DNA from: Catajapyx aquilonaris
Lineage: Eukaryota
DNA length: 64,000 bases
Assembly (NCBI GenBank): GCA_000934665.2
Contig: KZ538183.1
Span: forward strand, 1-64,000
Direction: 5' to 3'
The notes below the pieces were generated by a model. The model was not told the DNA's origin. It worked only from the letters and a program-made list of their open reading frames with translations, and did not search any database. Position numbers and translations under genes: made by a program. Of the stretch, positions 12,812-27,357 are shown piece after piece. Positions within the stretch are counted from its first letter, which is position 1. Each line of letters starts with the position of its first letter.

Positions 12812-15800
12812 TCAGGTGTTGATCCGTGTGAACATCTTGTTGATGACTTCGATGACTTGCTTGGCTGAACTTCGCCGTCTTCGAACCCAGCGACGCCTGA
12901 CGATCTCCCGATGGAGCTCGTGAAAGGCGTCACCGATGGCGGTACCACCGTCGCATGCTGATGTCACGAACAATGCACCGCCTAGCTCTGCAGCGTGAGT
13001 TTCAGCTTCTTCTACGCTCACCTGAGCCATGTGCTCTGTGAAATATCAGCAATTAATATAATTACGGATATTTTAACCCGGGAAGCACTTACGAAGATCA
13101 CTCTTGTTGGCCACAATTACGAATGCATAATTGGACCCATTACGTAAAGACGAGATGTGGTCGTAGACACGTGTGACATGTTCCATGCTCTGCCTGTCCG
13201 TCAGGCTGTAAACCAAGATGAATCCATCTCCCCAACGAATGTTTCCCTCTTGGTGACAATCGTCTCCCTGAAACACAACCACACCATAACGACACGTTTA
13301 CCTAATGAGAACGTTAACACATGGTATTTTTTTATGCAAAACATTACAAGTCCAGCGGTGTCCAGGATATCCATGCACACTTCTTCGTCATCGACGACAG
13401 TGTGATGGCGATAGGTGCACTCCAAAGTCGGGTCATATTCCCAGATAAAGCGATTGGTCAGAAAACGCACAACTAGTGCTGGAAAGAAAAAGTCACAATC
13501 TTATTATGAGCTATAACTCATTTTTTGTTGCAGGATTGAATTTTTACTGTATGTAGAGCGTGATTAGCACTAACTAGCACTACTTCCCTACCGTTACCAG
13601 AAAAATGAGCCTATGTTATGTTGAGTAAAATCACTCATGCCTTAATTGCAATTAATTTGAGTTAAGTGGATGAACCAGCTTTTAGCACCCAGTAATTTCT
13701 CAAGAGCCTGCGCAAATTGCTAACTGAAACAGACACCTCAATTGGCACGAGGCAGAATACAGTATAGGAAGAATCCATTCGTCCGCCCCTGACCTCATGC
13801 AATTCCGACCAAGTATTTTCATTTCGGTCGCTCCCTCCGTTCCACCTCTTCAGAGTGCGTACACGTCCTTTGGGTCCGTTCCAGTACCACCTGCTTTTTA
13901 CCGGTTTCGAGTCACACATCACTAGAATTAATAGCAAAGAGCGAATCCCCGGTAAATGTTAACCCAGATTGGCAATGCTCAAGTGCTATGGATGAAGGAT
14001 AGCCTACCATCCACTTGAAGGATGATGGACCTATCCTTGGATATGTCACAGATTTCAGGACCTGAATTTGTACATCGTCTGGGCGATACCGGGGTTTCCG
14101 TTTTCCGCCACATGGGCCCATTTTGACAGCTACAGGGTGGGGAAGTTGCGCAGTCATGTTGGTGCACTAGTTTCATCATAATATTCTGGCTCTGCTTCAT
14201 CCGGATCTTCAAGAATGGTGTAAGTATAGCTAAGATTTTGTCATTGAACGGGGCGAAAGGTCGAGGCGTGGGATTTATTTTCACATGAAAGTGTGAACTT
14301 CCGGCAAGGTGGGGCCATAAACGTTTCTCCCTCAGGAGACAAAATTCTTCGGCAGAGCCCAAGTTCCCTTTCTTAAACATTTACCAGCTGAGTCGCCCAT
14401 ATGTCGTAAACAGCCCACGACTCATTCGTCACTACCCACTACATGCGAACACTCATCACGCGTTTGGAACGTGTCAAATGTGCCGCACCCGAATATCTTG
14501 ACCTACAAACCGCCTAATTAAAAGCGCAATTATGCCAACACGACGCTCTCATTAGTTGGCATATTTCTATCCAGCTGGCTTTAAAAAATTACATTAAAAA
14601 AGATGAAAGGAAAGAGTTCCACCTTCTCGTGTATCAAACGTGACCCCAACATATGGAGACCTAAATGCAGAAGTTCCATCCCCTCCGAATGAACTTGGAC
14701 CTCCTTCTGCCTTGCTACTACTTGGAACATGTCCATCTCGTCATGTTAGGCACTCCGCAATATATAACAGGTGGGTTATTGGCGTCTTGGGAGGGTCAAA
14801 CTCGCAATTTTAATTCTGGATATAAATGAGACCTGTTGATTAGAAATGGCAGCGGCAGTTGCACATTCCGTGGAGCGGTGGAGGAAGGAAATAATAAAGA
14901 CGGTATTGTTTGTCACGCCACGTGTCAGGGCGTCACGGGATTTGCGAGCTGCGAAATCACTAACGAAAGAGAACCGACAGTAAATGATTATCATAATGGG
15001 CGCCGACTTGTCCGCGTATTTCTGTCGAGGTGCGAAGCCAAATGTTAACTTCACGGCCACTAACTTCCTAGGAAAGTTAAGTACCGGTACACAAGCATAA
15101 ATTTCAGAATGCACATGTTATAGTTTGGCAGGCTCCATTTTCTGCGGCCAAATTATTGGGGCAGAATCAAAGCCTCGTGTTTTAAAATACTACGGCTAGG
15201 ACGGAGTTCGTTCTAATGGAAGCCACTAATTTCAAAAGTTCGCAAAGACCTCACAATTACCTGGAAATTGATGAGTGGTGGTAAAATGAAGAACGTCAAG
15301 GAAGTCGCGTAGGATGGCCAGGTTATTTAAAAAAAGACCGGCCTCAAGTCAGTGTCATTCAAGGACTTCTCGGCGATTCCATTCCAACCGTTAGCCATTT
15401 TTATTTGCGCCATTTGCGCATTTCAGGAAAAGCCACGTGGCGGCTCGCACACAAGCGGTGAAAAACATCAACATTTTGTAGGCTGCAAAGTCGTTATGAA
15501 TCAGATTGCCATATTGCTAATAATAGCGTAGGCTAGGAGGCAAGCACGGACTCATTTCACACTACATTCGACAAAAAAAAAGGGGGGGGGGGGGTGCGCA
15601 GGGTATTTATAACCGCTTCACTAGATACTTAAGGCACATATACTCTTTTGTTTCAATGTGTGGAATGGTAGCGGAAGTGTGGTAGCCAAGTTTATTCTAT
15701 ATGAAAAATTGCTAACGCAGCAGAGAAATGTGAATTGAGGTGTAGTGGACAGCTAACTGGCCAATGAATGAGAATTAATGGCCTGGCATTACGCAGATTG

Positions 15801-17942
15801 TTTACTCTTTCCCATCATTTCATAGCACCTGTGCCTTTTCCGTAGATTTACACAGGGTGGTGCACTGCCCAAGTCTACTGTTCAAGAAAGGGGTAGGGGA
15901 TGAAATTTCGGAATAATCACCCCCAGAAATCAGTGTAAGGGGAAGCAACAATTGCTATGAGTGTGGCTGATTGTTGCTTCCAAGAGTTTTGTCTTTGGCA
16001 GCTGTGGTAACAATATTCATTTCTCCCTGTACCACCCTCTCAAATTGGGGGCTTGGGCAGAGAGTAAGGGACCCTTGATTATTGTCATTGGAATAAAAGA
16101 ACTACCATATAGCCTATACATTAATATCATATTAGTGGCTTACAAGAAATACACAATGAACATGCTTTTTTTTTACACCACATTCCGTTGTCGGCCTTCG
16201 CTATACCAGATATACCCGCCGTCGCCTAGTTTTTTATTTATGAATACTCTGAAGATACGGACAACATATTTTACACAAAATAACAGCTATACTTACACGT
16301 CCATGGAAAATACTTTGAATGTGTTTGGAACCAATTTCATTGTCCCTAAATTAATTTCCAAAAAGATCGCCGTAAAACTCGAAATTCGAGTCCTTCCTGC
16401 CAACTACTTGGCTGATTTAATTATGAAATACGTTAAAATACACGGAATAATAAACCCTGAGAATAGTGCCAGACGAATTTGCTGGAATCGTCGTACTTTG
16501 TGAGAAATAAATTATTTCTTATCTGCAGCTTTCCAGTTACTTCGGTAATCTCCTAAATTAATTTATTTCTCGCAAATTTCAGCAACTTCGTGTGGCACGG
16601 TTCTCAAGGTTAATATTCAGTACGTTTTAACATGGTTTTAACGCATTTCATAATTAAATCAGCATAGCAGTTGGCCGGCAGTTCTCGAATTTCGAGATTT
16701 TTTACAGTGATCTTTTTGGAAATTAATTCAGGGACTTCTAGACAAGGAAAATTGTTCCAAACACAACATAGCGTAGAGCATGAACGTGTAAGTATAGCTA
16801 TTATTATTGGGAAAATATATTATTTTTGAGCTTCAGAGTACATGTAAGTTTAACAGAAACGAAAATCTAGGCGATGGTGGTATAGCTGGTAGCGAAGGGG
16901 TTAAACAAACACATTGCCAGTAGTTTATAGCTATTTATAAAATTCACATATCAAAATATAAAGAAACATTAACTACAATTTCAATGCAGAGGTAATGTGT
17001 GAAATAAAACTTTGTAATACAGAGGCACGTGTATGCGATGCCAAAGGTCCTACAGAAGGCCACAGAAAATTCCAGCTAGCCAAGTTCTGCTGGTACTGTC
17101 GAGTATGTACACTGGCAAGTATAATGATGGAGAGGACTTGGAGAGGCGCTCCAACCAGTTCACTATAAAACAGGTGATATCTTTGCCCCAAAGCAAACAT
17201 GACGCAGTGGATGTCATAATTATTATGACACACTATAATTATCATACAGTAGTTTATTTTCTCATTGGGGCTAAGATATCACCAGCTTTACAGTGATATC
17301 TATGGAACTCCTGAGCAAGTCAGACTCCATCATTATGCTCACAGCTGTATTTTGATAAATGTACACCCAGTGTGGACTTCCAACCTCAAAGCTCCTGAAC
17401 TGGATGCTTTACATACTGGATACTGTGTGCGGAATGATTCAAGTGGCATGCACTTGGGCATGATATGGGCATGACTGCAATCTTAGTACCAGCAGTCATT
17501 TCACACTTGGTGGGCCAATACTCATTGCTGACAGTGCACCTGGTTAATAATGTCAGTGTCTAAAGTACTGAAAGAAAACCTTGTATCTGTCAGGTATTAT
17601 AAATGAGTGTATTGGACAAAATGCTTGTTCTGTTTTTATTCCTATTACCAAAATAAGTGTTTTATTGATATCCAAAACTCAGGAAAGGCAATATGGCACT
17701 TAACATTCACAACTCAACTGACCTGACTTTCCCACTGCAGGGGATCCCAAGACAACTACTTTGCTCTCGTGATTGCTGCTACTGTTGGTCCTTTCTCTGG
17801 TGTTGCTTCTGGCCCCTGCTCCATTCCCTGGCCCAAGCACATGGGGCAAATGGAGATGATTCACATTGGCTCTTGAGGTTGGTGCCACTGGGGGTAGAAC
17901 GAGAGTAGGGCTGTCCCCATGTTGATGTCTCTTCTGGTCCAT
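12812..17942 (-). CDS. RERG: Ras-related and estrogen-regulated growth inhibitor-like small GTPase, about 249 aa (start codon tentative)
   Basis: Exons 17942-17723, 13478-13348, 13267-13093 and 13035-12812 are in phase with GT-AG. Translation [28 protein letters not shown]...DTAG...[11 protein letters not shown]...NKSDL...SAC...RRRSS...[10 protein letters not shown] is diagnostic of RERG. There is no CAAX box. Confidence 0.92.
16195..16900. mobile_element. Older piggyBac-like long-TIR MITE, related to the element at 21939-23092
   Basis: Right end GAAGGGG|TTAA, diverged long inverted arms, and internal sequence (GAAGATACGGACAA..., GCCAGACGAATTTGCTG) shared with the 21939 element. Confidence 0.7.
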
Positions 17943-20900
17943 TCCAGCTGACACAGCCGGCAGCTTCAGTGTCTCGGAGACATGTGGGCTTTTCTTGCCA
18001 CTTTCGAGGATCTGATGAGTGTATGGAGCAGGGGAAGCAGGGGGTTTCCAAGCTAAATAAACATGTGCAGGGAACAAACGGTGCCAGACTTGGAACACTG
18101 CCAATGTGTGAGTGTGTGTGTATGCGTGTGCGTGTGTGAAAAGAGGGGGGAGGGAAGGTCTTGAAGAAAAAATGAAGCAATCGAGATGGCCCTCAGAGCA
18201 GCTGCTCAGCAGGTTAGGAGAGAACAAAAAAGGAAAAAAAAGGGCTACTCCATGGTATGAATTTCAATTTGAACCATGGAATCAGAAAACATGATATGTT
18301 ACTTGTAAAATGAGGCACTTATGCACTTCTTGGCAGTGAACATTGAATATCCACCAAAATGGGATGCCATTTTTCTCATGGCAAATGTAAACGAGGACCA
18401 GGTATCATGAAACCAATAGCAGTGACAGGTACAGAAAGGTACTTGTTTATTTAACTCCCCCCCCTGCCTCCCAATTCAGATAAGCTTATTACTTCATGCA
18501 GCTCTATAATTGTGATGTAGACCTCAGCGCCGGTTAACANNNNNNNNNNNCCCCACTCCCTGTATGGTGCTTAAAAATTCAATTTTTCTCTTGTGTTCTC
18601 TACTTTATTTTGTTATTTATTTTATTTAAAAAATTTATATTCCAGTGTATGGCTGACCCCAGAGGGCGGCCAGCCCTAGGCAATTGCCTTTTCTGCCTAT
18701 TGGTAAATCCGGCACTGGTAGACCTCATCCAGGCTTATGTAAATGGCTGGTTGACTACACACCTTAGCAATAAGTACATGTCACAGGTTGTAGGCATACA
18801 CATGCAGTAGGGGCAAATATTCTGCTGATGCAGCTTGTGGCTTACAGGGTGACCTGCACAATATGTACTTCAGTTACAGAGGGATGGGTACCATAAATAT
18901 TCAATAAGCAAGTAAAGAAAACTAAGGAAAAATACACTCAAACTAAATGAAAAGCTCAAGCTGACCAGGCTTATGGGTACTTCCAAAACATTAATTCCTA
19001 GCCAGGAATGATGAACACATGAAATCTGTCAGTCACACATTAATCGCTCCACCAGAAATATTTTCGGTGAGAAATTCGAATAACAACATGAATGAAAACA
19101 AGCGAAAGCTAGAACTGCAAAATGTGGCAGTAGACTAAGATACAGAGGTAAGCAATAGTTCATAAAAATTCACAATATTTTAACCCTTGCATCTCAAGTT
19201 GATTGTCACTCTTTTAAATTTTTTCCATCACATATGCACCTTTTCCATAAAAAATCATGTCTGGAGCAATGAAGGTGTGTCCTGCAAACTTCCTATCTCA
19301 TTTGTAAGCATTCTTTATGAATGTGGCAACTGACAAGATCCAGGGTACATTGTGAATTAATATGGTTTTACTGGCTACTTTCTGGTACTTGGGAGTTTGT
19401 TATCTTGAAGAAACAAAAAATAATCATGTGTTTTGATATCCACTTTATTTCCTGGTTCATTACACTGGTAAACTGGGAGTGCTCCTCTTCACTTTATACA
19501 TAAATTAGATCTTTTTGTGAGAAAAAACTAATTAACGATGTGAATGTGTAGGCCTACTCCCTCCTTTCGAAAAAAACTTGCCATTGCACTGCAATGTAGT
19601 GTTGTTCATGAATAACTGCATCTCATGCAATGCGAGCCATTTTTTGTACCATCAAGTGACGCTTACAAAATTGAAATTAAATACAAAAAGCACTACCTAT
19701 AAAAACAAAGAATCTCAAAATAACTTAAATCTGGTCTTATTTTTTCATTCATTGCAAGAAAAGGTTCCACAAAAATAACAGAGTTAAGCTACAATACAAA
19801 AGAAATGACAAAATTCCACTTGCATGTTAGTTAAGCTTAAGCAAAAAACGTTATATTTTTTTTCTGTAAAATAAACCTTGTGTATGTACAAGTTTCAGGG
19901 CAGCCATCCTGACTGCATTACACTCACATCTCCACTCAGTTGGCACCCCTTTTCATAACATCTAAATCTATCGAAGATAAATTCATTTCCTTGCTGCTTC
20001 TCCCTTGTTTAAAGATATATGCATTTATGATGCGATATGAAAAAGTAAAACTACATTACAAACATTAGTTCTCAGCTATATATATATATTTATTTGTTTA
20101 TAATTGTTGTCATATGTGTTTAAAAAATTCTGGGGATTAGTTGATTACTGGGAGAGCCCCCAGTAAGTCTTCAAATACAGGGTCTTTAACTGTTTCATTA
20201 AACCATTTGGGTAATTCAGCACTGTCGACTACACATTCAAGTAGCTAGTTCTTCATCACATAAACCTTTTATAATTTGTTATATCCTGTGCTTTTGTTAG
20301 CACATACATTCATTGCCTTAAATGTAAGAATAGTTAGATACATTGTCCAGGGCCATTAGTAGGCAAGTTGTGATTCACATTTGGGCACATGTCCTAATTC
20401 TCTTGCATAACGGGAATGGAGTGGCAGTCACTGTCATGTCACTTGGCACCACTAAAAACCTTTAATGATTGCATTGTCCCATGAGTTTCAAAATGGCTGC
20501 CTGACACTTCACAACCAAAGGGTCTATTCTCAACCAGATTCGCTGGGCCAAGGAATACACCATTGCACTAAATGGCTGAGAAATTACTTTGCCTCCATTT
20601 CTAGATGGCAAACACAAGTTTATTGGCAGTGATATGCAGCCAATTGGCATGGCACCAAGCTTTCCCTGCTGTCTTTTGCTTTCAACATAATTTGACATGC
20701 TGAAAACTACTCCCTAATAAATGAAGGCTACCATAAATCCACAAGAAATTGACATTGCTTGTAATTTGGGGTTAAAATTTAGAATTAGAACTGGTATTTT
20801 GATTCACGATCAGTTTTTTGTTTTTACATAGGCAGTAGAAAAAGTGAATCCCTTTTTAATGGTGTAAGTACAGGCCCTAATGGCAATGTGGTATGTTTCA

Positions 20901-21938
20901 ATCAGTACAATCACAATTAATAATCTATGGCTGTCTTCGAATGGGCTATGTTTTTCCCCATATCTGCCACCTTTGCACAACCCTTTTGCTTGCAAATTAT
21001 TGTACAACCAACAGGTTGCTGCTGCTGGTAAAATTGCATTGCATCACTTTGGACTTGGCTATTTCTTTGCCTCGAGTGGATATAGTCAGCATCAAGGAGA
21101 AAGGGTGAATATGTTTGTTTGTTTTAATACCCCGTGATAGGGCCAGGGGCCCTTTTAGAGAGGGAATGGAAGGTTCCAAAGGGAGGGCACTCTTAAATAG
21201 TTTCTAGTCATGGTTAGGGTGTTTTAGCTAAGTTGGGTGACCATAATGATTGCCCTTCACGTGCTTGTCTCCCATCAAGGCAGAAATACAGCTCCAATGC
21301 GATATAGGGCAATTTTATGGTGGGCCCCTGCATGTTGGTGGTACAGCAAAAACAATTGCCAAAGTGCCACCTAAATCCTAGCCAGCGGGATATGTGCTTG
21401 CAGAAGATTGAATTGGAATAGAGTTGGTGCGAAAGCAAAAATATAAATCTTTAAAAAAATCTATTTAGGGGTTTCCATAGTTTCAAAAAATAAAATATAC
21501 TTCATACTTCATCCCAGTTCAACAACAGTTTGTTATTTAATAACAAACTGTTGTTGAACTGGGATGAAGAAGCTGAGACCGAATGCTTAGAACTGCAGAG
21601 CTACACATTTCCTGCATGATCTCGAAAGCGTCAAATTCTTCCTTCCAATTACACCCATTTAAAGTCCACATAATATTCCGCCTGAAAGGAATAGGAAAGG
21701 AAGGGAATGGCTATTCTAGAAGAGGAAAAAAAAAAATCATTCCTGAACTGTCTGGAAGCAACTGCAGAAAACCACAGGAAATGAAAACAGGATAGTTGAC
21801 TTGGAATCAAACCCAGGATCTCCTGAATGACAGCAGGAGTGCTTATGCCTGACTTTCCATGCTACAGAACAAGTGCACAGTGTAGAAAGCCACTGCCATG
21901 AGTATGAAGTGGAACCCATGTACAGTGCTGGACATTAA

Positions 21939-23092
21939 CCCCTTCGGCCCCAGATCGGCCCGAACCACACAGTTTTTGGCTTACGCGTACTCCGAAGATA
22001 CGGACAAGATATTTTGCAAATAATAACAGCTATACTTACGAGATCTGGGAAAACCCTATGAATGTGTCTGGAACCATTTTACTCGTCTAGAAGTCCCTAA
22101 ATTAATTTCCAAAAAAGGGCTATAATAACTCGAAATTGGACTACTGCCGCCCAACTTTTACGCTGATTTGATTATGAAATGCGTGAAAATATGCGGAATA
22201 ACAACCATGAGAACCATGCCAGACGAATTTGCTGAAATCGTCGTACTTTGCGAGAAATAAATTAATATTTATTTGCGGCTTTCTAGCACTTAGGAAAACT
22301 CCTAAATGAGTATGAGATAAATTTTCTGAAATCGTCGTACTTTTTTTTTACGTTACCCCGTGCTAGGGCCATGGGCCCTTATAGGGGGGTGGATTACCAC
22401 CACTTTTCCTCAATTTTCTTGTTATTTTCTTCTGACACCGGTGCAAGGATGAAAGGACAAGAGGTAAGGATAGGGATTTTCGGGGAGGGAACATGGGTGC
22501 AAGTGCACGTCTGAAAACGGGTCATGTGCTGTTCCCCAGGAGGTTAGGTTGCCAGACACCTCCTTGGGGCAGGTCAGAGACCCTCCTGACGCAGGTGAAA
22601 GGAAAGTTCCCCAGGCGGGGATCGAACCTGGGGCCTTTCACACAGCAAGCCGAGACGTTACCATCACGGCCACCACACCTCCCCGAAATCGTCGTACTTC
22701 ATGAGAAACAAATAAATGGGAGTTTTCCGAAGTTTTCCGAAGAGCCAGAAAGCCGCAAATAAGTATTAATTTATTTCTCGCAAAGCACGACGATTTCAGC
22801 AAATTCGTCTGGCATGGTTCTCATGGTTGTTATTCCGCATATTTTCACGCATTTCATAATCAAATCAGCGTAAAAGTTGGGCGGCAGTAGTCCAATTTCG
22901 AGTTATTATAGCCCTTTTTTGGAAATTAATTTAGGGACTTCTAGACGAGTAAAATGGTTCCAGACACATTCATAGGGTTTTCCCAGATCTCGTAAGTATA
23001 GCTGTTATTATTTGCAAAATATCTTGTCCGTATCTTCGGAGTACGCGTAAGCCAAAAACTGTGTGGTTCGGGTCGATCTGGGGCCGAAGGGG
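21939..23092. mobile_element. piggyBac-like MITE with near-perfect TIRs of about 330 bp
   Basis: TTAA TSD (21935-21938, 23093-23096), CCCC/GGGG ends, long arms almost identical. Confidence 0.88.
22343..22684 (-). mobile_element. tRNA-derived SINE (family A)
   Basis: 15-bp TSD GAAATCGTCGTACTT, A-box TGGCCGTGATGG, B-box GGTTCGATCCC and a poly-A tail. Other copies at 40879 and 58760. Confidence 0.88.
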
Positions 23093-24708
23093 TTAATGGT
23101 CGAGTACTGACAGCAACATGAGCTGTAGCGGTGAAAGAGAGAACCTGATCGGACCGATAAATAAGATAGGTCCGATCAGGTTCACTCTTGCACCGCTATG
23201 GCTCATGTAACTGTCAGTAGCCTACTTGAGCATTAATGTCCAGCACTGTACAGTACTGGACATTATTATTTCGCAGCGATATTTTCCAATGCGGCAGAAG
23301 TGCAAAACGAATTGATGGGGTGAGTCATGCCAGTAAGAAATGGTAGGTCTTGGGTGACGTCACCGTCTGGGGTCACGCCTTTTTCCCTATTGCCCCCAGC
23401 TGGTCATCCAAGGCCTACCATTTCTTGCTTGTATGGCTCGCACTCCATCAATTAGCTTCGCACTTCTGCTGAAATGGAAAATGTCACTAGCAGTACAACA
23501 GAATTTATGTCCAGAACTGTACACCTCTTTGAAACTCTGCAAAGCTTCCCACAGCACTTAATGTTGTAATCCCAGAAATTGTGATCAAATGATGATTCCT
23601 TTTAAGATAAAAAATTGCAACATGAAACTGCCAAATTTTTGCCTTGGACAAACTTATCAACCAATCAACAGCATTAAACATGCAGGACACTTGCCACGAA
23701 ACATGGTCTCGGGTATCCACTATCGCATGGGATGGTCATGATGGTTACATTTACTGGCATCATGGGGTACATGACTCTAGGAAACCCATGTATACTTGGA
23801 ATGGAAATCAGGGGATCCCTTGGAAAATCTTGCTTGGGGAGAATAAAAATCTGATAGCCTGTCATGTTTGAAGTCATTGCTACAGAACTGGCCCCAGGTT
23901 AAGAGATAGCTTGTTCACAAACTGCAGCCATAATAAATGAGAAAGGCACTTGGAATCATTACTGGTAACAGATCTCAGGTTTCCATTTGGTCAAATTCAC
24001 TAAAATTAACATACAACATTAAGTGCAGGGTATGCAAAAATACATTTCATGTAAACAAGAGCAGTGCTGCAGATATCCATGACCTGAATCTCACAAATTC
24101 ATTTCATATATTTCGGTTTCATCCCAAGTGATTCAAAGAATCAGGTCATGTGTTCCCTCCTTGTCAATTGACTATCCATGGTGCAGGACCGGTATACGTC
24201 TTTCTTTTGCAGACACCTTCCATGCAGCCAGCCAAAGGAGATTCAAAACATCAAGTTTTGCAGCATTGTTTACTTCTGCAGGAAAGGCGGAGGCAGCTAA
24301 TATTGTTCCAATTCTTGTAGAAACTCTCCAAATGTGTGGCAGGAACTCTCAAGGGTATATTTGCTCAATGCCAATAAATGACACCACTGTCATAGTCTTA
24401 GTATGAGTCCTGCATGTTGGCTCATTGATCATTGCTAGTACTACATACTGCATCTTTCTTCAGGCCCATGCATATAGGCTTATTCCAATTTCTTGGATGA
24501 ATTGAAGAGTGGACTTGAAGAAGGTTCTAAGTGTCAACTGCATGGTGGCGATACAACATTGTCATCTATAAACAACTAGTAGTGAACTCATTGCCAAAAT
24601 TTGGCAACACCGCCCAGCGCTCCCCCAACTTGGAAGTGGTACGTTAGGCCACTACCAGTTGGCGCCTTCTCTGCACACTACCGCTGCTCTGAGCTGGGGC
24701 AAGTAGTA

Positions 24709-25896
24709 CAGTAAAATCTCGTTTTAGCGAATACCAATACAACGAAATTTCAATAGAACGCAATAAAAATAAAATTTTGGTTGGCCAGCCTTAAGAGCAA
24801 TGTACAGTAAAACTTCTATAAGTCGAATCTCCATGGGACCGGGAAAAAACTTCGAGTTATAGAAGATTCGAGTTAGAGAAGTTTGGATTTTTTAAGCACA
24901 GAACTCTATAAGGAAGCCTACCTTTATATCCAGCGACGAAAGGTGTTCAAAACATGAAAATAACTGTCACTATCACACTTACAATGTTCCTCATTGTTTT
25001 GTTGTAAAAGAAATCTCCGTGATGGACATTTGCCTACTCTTAGATTCAAGGAATCAATTGTCACAATCGAGTCAAACACTTCTTTCGGTACGTCTGGTAG
25101 ATGGAGATCAGGAAATTGAGCCTTTCTGTATACATGTGGCCTACTCTTGACCCTTCGGCTGGGAAACAAGAAAATTTTCCATACTCGCCAACATGAACTT
25201 CGACTTAGGGAGACTGAAAATGCATTGACATCCCATCGTAAGGCCCTGCCTGCACTTCGAGTTATGGAGATCTTCGAGTTATAGAAATTCGAGTTAGGGA
25301 AGTTTATTTCCTATTATTTTACATTGTGACCAACCAAGCTATCATTTTCTTTGACTTACAGAGAACTTCGACTTATAGAAGTTTTACTGTATATGTAATC
25401 CCGTTATTACGAAATGCGTTACTACGAAATTTTCAGTACAACGAATACGACAGGTGGTTCCCCGGCTAGTATTGACCCCGATATAACGAAATATGCAATA
25501 GTTCAATGCTCCGCCACATGTGCTCCAGCACTGTCTGGCGATAAGCAAGTGTGTGGTCATGCGTAACACCATCAACAATCGTGAAATGTTGGGGTAGAAG
25601 TTGCATTAAGGGGTCGGCAGTGTCTGTTTTGGGGAGTGACCAGGACGGTGAAGACTCAGATGACCCTGACGACCTGTCTGTGTAGAGGTCCGATGCTGAA
25701 AGCACCAGCGTTCCGGATGAAGTTACCTTTCACGATTTTGTAGCCGCAGATGACCACGTACAGGTGTGCCAGGAGTTGACAGATTCGGTCATACTTGCAG
25801 GGGAAATAAAAATAACCAATCTCGATTTAACGAAATTCCGTCATTACGAAAAGATTTGCCGGTCCCGCGGGCTTCGTTGTAACGAGATTTTACCTG
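24709..25896. mobile_element. Tigger/pogo-derived element with a nested Tigger-like MITE at 24805-25389
   Basis: TA|CAGTAAAA termini on both elements. A relic reading VTFHDFVAADDHVQVCQELTD near 25721-25783 resembles Tigger transposase C-termini. Confidence 0.75.
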
Positions 25897-27357
25897 TACT
25901 TCATGCACGTAGGTGAAGAGTCACAGAGCGGACAAAGTCCTAGGCGCTATAACCAGCCCGTGTCTCGCTATTCGGTGAAGTGTCCCAGCCTCTGACTGCT
26001 ATTGAGTGTGAACCTGTTGTGTCCTGTCATTACTGAACGAAGAAAGTGACAACTATGGTAACTGCATGCACCTAGGTGATGAGTGAATGTGTTTAGGGAC
26101 AGAGTCACACCTAAGAATTCTCAGTACATTGCTAAACTCCGAGGCAGCCACAGTGAAAGTAACCAAGTCGTTCCTAAACTCATTGCTAAGAAAGCTGCTG
26201 CCTCAGACGCTACTGCAGCAAGGGCAGTGGTGCTTGGGACCTCTGAGTATGGGTGGCCAGGAGAAGCGTGCTGTGAGTCAAAGAGGGTTGCCAGGCGAAG
26301 TGCCTTTAGCCTGGGCACAAGCCTGGGGCACCTTGTTTGAATATCTCCGAGGCGAATGGCAACCATCTTGGAAAAGCGGAACTAGGCAACGAAAACATTG
26401 TTAAACTCAGCCGAGATTGACTGTAGGCGAGCTCAGCAGTGATGACAGCGGCTAATTCCACTGCTGAATTTAGCAACGTACTCTCTCTATGATTTCTGCA
26501 GGTGACAGGGTCAGGCTAGGAGCTTGAAAGCATTTTTCACAGCATTAGCCATGGGACATTGGATAGTTTAACTTTAACATGATAAAGTCGATTTTCTCAT
26601 TTTTGGTGCTTGGAGCCTTGTGCATTTCCACTCTTCAATTGCTGTATGCCTCGACTTTCTGATTCAATACCTATGAGGCTAATAATTCCAGCCATATGAC
26701 AATACAACTGGCCACAAAACTTGCATGGATATACACCGTACTCCCGATTATCCGGGCGCAGATTATCCGGGCATCTCCCAAATAATGTTAGAAATGAAAC
26801 CCTGAAAAAATGACAATATGTCTTGCAAACAAGGAAATATAGCCGACTTTTTCCAGACGACAAACTACAAATCTATGGTAAGTTTCATTATTTTGATTAA
26901 ACCTTATTTAAAGCAGCATGCATTATGTACAGTATCATTTAAAACCACTGAATAGCTCATTTTTACGGTATCTAGGGGCACTTTCGGATTATCTGTGCTT
27001 TCCGATTATCCAGCAACACCTATGCATTCATTAGCGCAGATAATTGGGAGTACAGTGTACAATTTGTTTAAAAAAGGACCATATGAACCTGAATATTTTT
27101 TGCAGATTATACTGCGAACGTTTCCCCATGAAAATAAAAAATAAAACGTACAATCTATTTGGGATGTCCCGGTGCTGTAGTGCCACAGCCTTCCACCTCT
27201 GAGGACCCACGTTTGAATCCTGGATCAGATTGAGGAATATCTCATGTAGAAAGAGTTTCAATGAGCTACTTCCGTGCTCATATGGGTTTTCTCAATAGTG
27301 ATTTAGTGGTTATCTAAAGTATTAGGTTATGTGGACCCACTTTTTAAATGCCTGTAA

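Larger units (their letters stand above)
21923..23248. mobile_element. Tc1/mariner-like MITE hosting nested insertions
   Basis: TA|CAGTGCTGGACATTAA ... TTAATGTCCAGCACTG|TA. A sister element with similar TIRs follows at 23251-23519. Confidence 0.78.

Noticed and set aside
15961..16503. 180-aa ORF
   Set aside because: Runs into a MITE, has no protein-like features and lies in an RERG intron.
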